A stretch of 64,000 bases of DNA from Macrostomum lignano. Its lineage: Eukaryota. Positions 57,301 through 64,000 of this stretch are shown one piece after another. Within the stretch, counting starts at the first letter, position 1, and every line of letters starts with the position of its first letter. Below the pieces are notes generated by a model. That model was not told the origin of the DNA. It did not search any database and saw only the letters and a list, made by a program, of their open reading frames with translations. The DNA is taken from assembly GCA_002269645.1 (NCBI GenBank), contig NIVC01000728.1, forward strand, positions 124,001 through 188,000, given 5' to 3'. A program made the position numbers and the translations under genes.

Positions 57301-60300
57301 TTCTCATGGACTACTGTCTTCTCATGGACTACTGTCTTTCTCATGGACTACTGTATTTCTTACGGACTACTGTCTTTCTTATGGACTACTGTATTTCTTA
57401 CGGACTACTGTTTTTCTTATGGACTACTGTCTTTCTCATGGACTACTGTCTTTCTCATGGACTACTGTCTTCTCATGGACTACTGTCTTCTCATGGACTA
57501 CTGTCTTCTCATGGACTACTGTCTTTCTCATGGACTACTGTCTTCTCATGGACTACTGTCTTCTCATGGACTACTGTATTTCTTACGGACTACTGTCTTT
57601 CTCATGGACTACTGTATTTCTTACGGACTACTGTCTTTCTCATGGACTACTGTCTTTCTCATGGACTACTGTCTTTCTTATCCTTCTCGTCTACTACCGT
57701 CCGTCTCTCATGACTTCTCAAATAGCTGGATGAATCATTCTAACATGCACTGTCTACAGCATGCAAAGGTTGTCGTGATTAATTTAAGTGAAATATCAAA
57801 AGTCGTCGCTCTCATAACTTCGGGGGGAGGCGAGAGGCTTAGTGAAAAAGTCTGTTACCGCGGTTCTTAAGCTGTGTTTAGGCTGATAGATTGGTATTGA
57901 TTAGCAGGTAGGTGACCACCTCGTGAAAGTAAAACTCCAGTTAGTAAAGCAGGTTCTTTGTTTTATATTCTTAACTTCCTCGGTTTTGCAGAGCCACAGT
58001 GATAATGGCTACCAACTGGGCATGCAGTGGAAGTGTACAGAGCAGAGCTGAGTTAAAATTTGAATTTCAAAGAAATATTCGGGGTAAAGGTGATCGAGGT
58101 GATTTTGAAATTTTGGTACAAAATATGGGTAAATTTGGTGATCTCCTGAATGACACACATTGTAACCCAGAGAGGTCAGCAACAAATCCGGGTCCATGCT
58201 CCACCATCTGTTCTGAAAAAAAATTATAATCATTGTGCAAGCATTTTCCCGTATTTTTTTTCTCTCCCACAGTATTAAACAACTTAAACAACTTGATTAT
58301 CTAGCAGGTCAGTAGAATGGTTAGAATAAATGGTTTACCATATAATAATGCAATAATGAAATGCAAAAGTTTTCATGCAACAAGGAGAAATGGCGAATGC
58401 AGTGAGTGGGGTAAAACAGTAGCATGCAATTCCTAAACTGTGTGAATTCTCCGCATCCAGTACACCTCCGTTTGGTGTACTTTAAGCATGTTATTGATTT
58501 GGCGATAGGAAATGCAGGACAAGCAAGCAAACATGCTGTTGACATTGGTTACATATGGAGGCCTGTGATAGGATCCAACTGGTTCCCATTGCTGCAATGT
58601 TTAGAATAATGTTTTGAGTCATATTTCATAGAGCGGGAGGATGCACACTTGCAGAGTCTTGTTTTGAACTAATATGGAATAAAAGCACTGCAAAGCATTA
58701 TCAACAGAAAACAGAGTTATAAAAGCAGGCTTAGACTCATATGGCTATATACGCTATAGCTTAATAAATGTCAGGATGAAAGCAAAGCAACACAAAGCAG
58801 GGGGTTTCTGTTATCGATTATGATAGTAAAATGGGGTTGTTCTTTTTAGATGCATCCTCGATTCGTGCTGCATTCGGCTTATAGAAATGCATGTAATACT
58901 TTTAGTCATTTATTTTTCTGAGAATAGCCCCACTAAGGAGACTTTCTAGTTGGTAGTCCTTGCTCACACACGCATTTGACTGCTACTCACCTCCTCTGGC
59001 TGGTCGCTGAGCAGCCGGACCAGCTTCTCAATAACGTTGAGCTCCTGGAACTTCCGAATATTTTTAGACGACATTGAGCACTTCCAAATGGCTCCGGTAG
59101 CCGCCGACAGCAGCTCTTTGTTGTCCGTTTTGTTGAGCAGGCCGACCATCGGCTCCAGGCCGTCGTAGGAGCGGACAAGATCTCGGGTTTCCTCTTCTTC
59201 AGCGCACTGAAATGTTTTTTCGAGGGGACTTGTAGTACCAAATAGTGGATCCCGGAATTAGGGAATAAACAAAAATTCACCTTAAAAATGGTGGACGCGC
59301 AGTGCATTTGCAGTTCGGCATTATCGCTCTTGAGGTTCTTCACCAGATCCTCAACCATGCCCTCGGTGCGGATGGCCACGCGGTAGTCGGGCTCGGAGGC
59401 GCACTCCTGCAGGGTGCCAACAACCGGGATCAGCATGTCCTCGTGGCGCGACTTCAGCAGCTTGCCGAGCAGAGGGATCACTCCAGCCCGTTTCATTGCG
59501 CGCTTGTTCTTGGTAGAGTTGCTCAGAGACCAGAGGGCCAGGGCGCCGCAGCGGGCTACCTCAATGTCGCGCTCAATCTCCGGCGAGGTTGGCCCGTTCA
59601 GGGCCGGACAATCAAGCAGCGACACGAGCTTGCGGATGCCGCCGTGCTGACGTACGATCCGTCTGGCCCGACGGAACTTGGCCACGTTGGCAATGGTCTC
59701 GGCTGCCAGGCATTTCAGATCCTTGCTGGGTTCTTTCAGGATATTCACCAGCGTCTGCAGGCCGCCAAGGTCGGCTATCGCCCGGCGGATCTGCGGATTC
59801 TGCGAGATCTCCTTCAGGATCTTCAGCGAGCCGATCTTGCAGCGGTTTTCCTCCGTTTCCAGCAAGTTAAGCAGCACTTCAAGGCCGCCAACATCGCGGA
59901 TGGCCAGCTGGCAGACCTCGGTGTTGAGCTGGAAGTCGCGCAGGGCGCACAGCGAAATAATTGTGCTTGTCTGGTTGCCGCCCTTCAGGTAGCGGACAAA
60001 CTTGCCGATTTGCCAGTACTCGCTCGGCAGGTCCGCGTTGCTCTCGTGTCGCCGTTCCACTGCGTCTTCTTCCTCATCGGTGCCGGACTCGGAGTCGCTC
60101 TCGTCCGACTGTTGAGCAGCTGCGGCCGCAGACTGGGGCTGACGGGCGCTCCGACGCTCCTGGCTCTGCTGCTCGCTGGTGCCGAGGCTGACCCAGCGCA
60201 GGGTCGGGTCCTTTTTGCGCTCCTCCGCCTCTTCCCTGGCCGCCTGCTGATCCGCGTCGCCCTCCTGATCCGGCTTTTCGGCTCCGTCGGCAGCCTCATC

Positions 60301-62129
60301 GGCAGCCGTCTCGCCGTCGCCGCTTTTTCTGCTGGTCCGCTCGCGGAAGTGGCGGCTCCGTTCGCGCAGCAGGGCAAACAGGCTGCCGTAGAGGTCGGAG
60401 CGGCGCTCGAAATCAACGTCGTTCGTGTCCTTGCTATAGCCCTGCAGTGAGAATGTTCCGAGGTCGTTGATCACAATCAGACAGTTACGATCGGGAGCGT
60501 ATGGGGTCACACGTTTAGTATTAATATTTCGTTTTTATGTATTTATCGACGCAAAGCAGAAACCTACCTTGTTGACGAACCAGCCCTTGGTGCCGGCGGT
60601 CACGCAAATAACGTCGGTGTCCTTCAAGTACACCAGAAAGTAGGCGATGTCGCCTTGCAGCTGGCGAAAATTCGGGGCCCGGTAGCCGTTGCTGAACACA
60701 TGAACGTAGCCTGCAAATCGGACGATGCGTAGAGCGCTTGGTGTGAGTACTTCCTCTGTCTATGGACCTTTGCTTCCTGGTGGTATTATGCTAAGGTACT
60801 ATAGTAGATCATTCTCTGGTACTTAAACTTTGCCATGATTTGCCATCTATTTCAAGACCAATATTCTAATTGGTCTTGAATCCATACTGGATTCATTCGT
60901 CCATTCGATTGTCTACATCCTGTATCGTTCGTTTGAGGCCATGGAGCTACATCGTCAAATCGGATCGCATCATTTAGAACACAATATGCGCACTTTACTA
61001 CTATTCAATTCCACAGATCAGCTAATGTCACAGTGTTCTCAAGCTGTAACTCACAGGGCACCGGCTCAATATCGCGCAGCGGCTGTTCATCCTCGGAGCC
61101 CGACAGCTCCTTCAGGCAGTCGAATTCGGCTTCAACGAGTCGCGGCGACAGGCGGGAATCCCTGCAAGCGGACGGTGTGGATATTGTTAACAATATTCGG
61201 GTGTACTACCAACCTCCTGCAGCACTTTGAGTAGCGAATCCGTTTAAAATCTTACTTCGACATCAGTCCCTGCACGGTGCGCAGCATTCGCACGTCCAAG
61301 TTGTGAAATTCCATCGCCATCTTCAGTACAACCTTCTTAGTCTCAAACTCCTCGTAGGTGATGTCCTCGCCTTGCAGGTCCTCCTCCGCTTGCTTGTAGA
61401 ACTCAACGTCGTCTTCAGTGTTGCATGCGTAGCGATTGCCAAGGATCTTCGACACCGGGTCCGAGTTGCCTAGAAATGGCAATGCAATGCGTTTTCAGTA
61501 ATCAAGTGCTGCACATCCTCAATATCTATCAGCTTATATGTTTGGTAACTGCAGCTATTTCAAATAGAAGCTCTCAGCATTCTAAGCACACTCAAGCCTA
61601 CCTTCCAAGCAGGCGCGAACTTCGGCCGTCTTCTTGCTCCGGCAGGCGTCCAAAACCAGCTGCAGCATGTCGAAGCTGTGGCACTCAACGTGCGCTACCT
61701 CTGACTCCTGCTTAGTCACCGTGAGTAGCTCGTCCAGTTGAAGGGTGTTCTCGGATTCCCTGCGAAGGCAAAAAACTCAAATTCTCGGAAAAGCGAACTG
61801 TTTATGCTCAGCAACTGCTGAGGTCACTTCTATGTTCAAGTGCGCTTAAACCTGGGTTCTAGGTTCGATAGCTATTGTATTTCAGAAAGTAGACGGTATT
61901 CTTCAACTCACGTCTCGGGGAATCTTTCGGTCTTTTTAAAGTCCTCGAACTTCACCGTGGAGTCCCAGACAAGAGGCTCGCTAAACTTCATCTTGCCACC
62001 GATTGGATTGTTTTTCGAGTAGCCATCGACCGCCTTGAGAATGTCAGTCAGGATGATCTGGTTGGATGGGCTGAAGTCTAGCTTACTATTGTCCAACCAA
62101 TCAGCGGCTTTGGTCAGTGTTAGACCCAT
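54396..62129 (-). CDS. ODAD2: Outer dynein arm docking complex subunit 2 (armadillo repeat-containing 4 / gudu), 1031 aa, complete
   Basis: Ten phase-consistent exons: 62129-61912, 61759-61602, 61469-61256, 61161-61055, 60710-60568, 60441-59281, 59206-58991, 55892-55518, 55268-55032, 54662-54396. [30 protein letters not shown]...[21 protein letters not shown] is the ARMC4 signature, followed by ARM repeats. Confidence 0.95.
56025..57680. repeat. 18/19-bp minisatellite CATGGACTACTGTCTT(T)CT
   Basis: Direct reading; ODAD2 intron 7. Confidence 0.97.
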
Positions 62130-63410
62130 GACTGGCACCAATTTTAATCTATTGCTGCAAATTTCATAGTGAAAAAGTTTGCACATGTAGATAGAAACAT
62201 AGTCGGCGAAAAAATTGCCATTAAAGCAAAAACTTAGCTACTTAGACCATCAGCTAAGTAAAAATGATTTGAATGTAGTCTTTGTATACTATCTTTTATG
62301 AAAGAAACATGAGGGTCTTTTATGAGAGTCACGAATTTATTATATTTTTATTATCTAAAAAGCGAGACTGATAAGAGTTGCAAATAAAACCCTTTTTAGT
62401 TAAATAAATTCTAAAATATAAAGTAAGAAAGATACAAATAAGAAATAAAGTTTTAGATGTCTTTAATTTTTCAGCTCCAAACAAAAAATATTTACCTGCA
62501 TTTTATTCATGAGGTGGGATCTCGAAACTAATATCAGTACTCAATACAATACAAAGAAATTAATCTTGCACTTAAATAAAAAATGGCTTCACTAATTCAG
62601 GAACATATCCAATACACTAAACATGCTGACTTAAAATATAAGAAAATGAAATATTATTCCAAGTTAGAAGTATATCATTATACCATAAAAATGTAAAGAA
62701 CAATATTCCTATCTAGATCATTATAGCAACCAGAAGGCTTTCTTAAAACCAAGCTAGAAAATAATTACTTGAAACTTCCAGTATAAAATCACAAAATTTA
62801 ATAATATCTCTAAATCAGAAAAATCAACCGCAGTAAAGTTGATGCTCACAAACAGACAACTAAGGAAATTATAAAAATGAACAAAAACCAAGAAATAACT
62901 CGCTTAAATGAAATATTGAAGGTAGCACTTTAACTAAGTGCTTCACTGTGACTGAATTCAGATTACAATTTCTTTGCAAATTGAATCCATCCTATCTTTC
63001 TCGGTTGTCCTGCCTACATATACAAAGACTGATTAAATTTTAGTTGGAGTCAATAAATATGTATTTTTTTACATTATTAGGGCTGCATTCAGATTTCTAA
63101 GCTCTTGAGCACAATGTTTTTAATATATTTGTTTTACGCTTTATAAAAATTCAGTTTTTTAGTGTATAAAGCCGTTGAAAAATAATTTTTTTTGTTTTTT
63201 TCTACACGTTTAATCCAAAAGCCACGTATATGTATATTTGTTTATCAATATCTATATGTATTATACATGTATATGTACAATGTTTTTTAGAGAGAAAGAT
63301 GATGTAAAACCAAAAGCTGTGCACCTGAATTATACAATCGTGTATTTCAGTTTAGTAACATGTAATTTTTATTAGGAAAATTGGAAATGCCGCATTTGGT
63401 TAGGCATAAT

Positions 63411-63626
63411 CAGTGGCGTAGCCAGGAATTTCAATTGGAGGGGGCGGGTTGGCTTGGTTTGCCATGCCTTATGCACTTATGCACTCATTTTAGCGTCGCA
63501 GGCACTCATTTTGGCGTCTCAGGCACTCATTTTAGCGCCGGAGGCACTCAATTGCCTCATGGTTTTTGGTACCTGCCGCGCCCAACCTCACCTCCAGGCG
63601 ATTGGGGGGGGGCCGCTACGCCACTG
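63411..63626. mobile_element. Non-autonomous hAT-type MITE, 216 bp
   Basis: Perfect 12-bp TIR CAGTGGCGTAGC...GCTACGCCACTG flanked by an exact 8-bp direct repeat GGCATAAT (63403-63410 and 63627-63634). Short internal repeats (gcactcatttt). No coding capacity. Confidence 0.9.
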
Positions 63627-64000
63627 GGCATAATATCTTTAAATAATTTTTATTTGTAATTGTACCAAAATAGAGGGTTATTGAAACTTTGTAATATTAA
63701 GTGAAAAAATAAAAACAGTCCTCCGGAATTAGAAATGATTAAAATTGAGACTAGTTCAATCATGCTTGAAGCTGCATTTCTGTCATGCTGATCAGAGTTC
63801 CGAGAATCAAAGTTAAATTACTGTGAGCTATTATTTTATTTTTTTAGTCAATGGTAATTAATAGATTATTGTCTATTGATTGATTAGTAGATGTCGATAT
63901 CAACACTTTTATGGTATGGCAGCCGTATCATTCCCGCATTAAACTAACGAAAAATCCGGCCAAAGCAGGGCCGCACGCCAACGCTTGGTGTCCTCGTCGA

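Noticed and set aside
55542-57870. 576-723 aa plus-strand ORFs (SWTTVF/MDYCL)
   Set aside because: Translations of the 18/19-bp array in ODAD2 intron 7, partly antisense to real exons.
57999-58609. Short AT-rich ORFs in ODAD2 intron 7 as a nested gene or TE remnant
   Set aside because: No recognisable domain or consistent splice pattern.
62130-63400. Expected RFX X-box upstream of ODAD2
   Set aside because: Only half-sites (e.g. TAGCAAC near 62727) were seen; no full match.

Overview
Eukaryotic (metazoan) genomic DNA: compact GC-rich exons with GT-AG introns, most introns and intergenic gaps carrying tandem arrays (about 27 minisatellites plus 6 long microsatellites). The style suggests a repeat-rich flatworm genome such as Macrostomum, which is inference only. 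By manual splicing I can assemble nine protein-coding genes: the 3' part of an ankyrin-repeat gene (+); six co-oriented minus-strand genes (F-box protein, GDA1/CD39 NTPDase with a homopolymer frameshift, a small secreted prepropeptide ending in FKPLR-GKR, an orphan acidic protein, a Ly6/three-finger GPI protein, HUNK kinase); a two-pore K+ channel (+); and a complete ODAD2/ARMC4 (-). There is also a 216-bp hAT-type MITE with an 8-bp TSD and two RFX X-box matches. Most long ORFs in the supplied track are repeat artefacts. I saw no tRNA, rRNA or CRISPR. The best leads are the candidate neuropeptide precursor (not visible as one ORF) and the minisatellites, several of which share a TGTCA(C/G) or CTCACCTGT core and abut or contain splice sites or a stop codon. 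All exon coordinates were derived by eye and need transcript confirmation.
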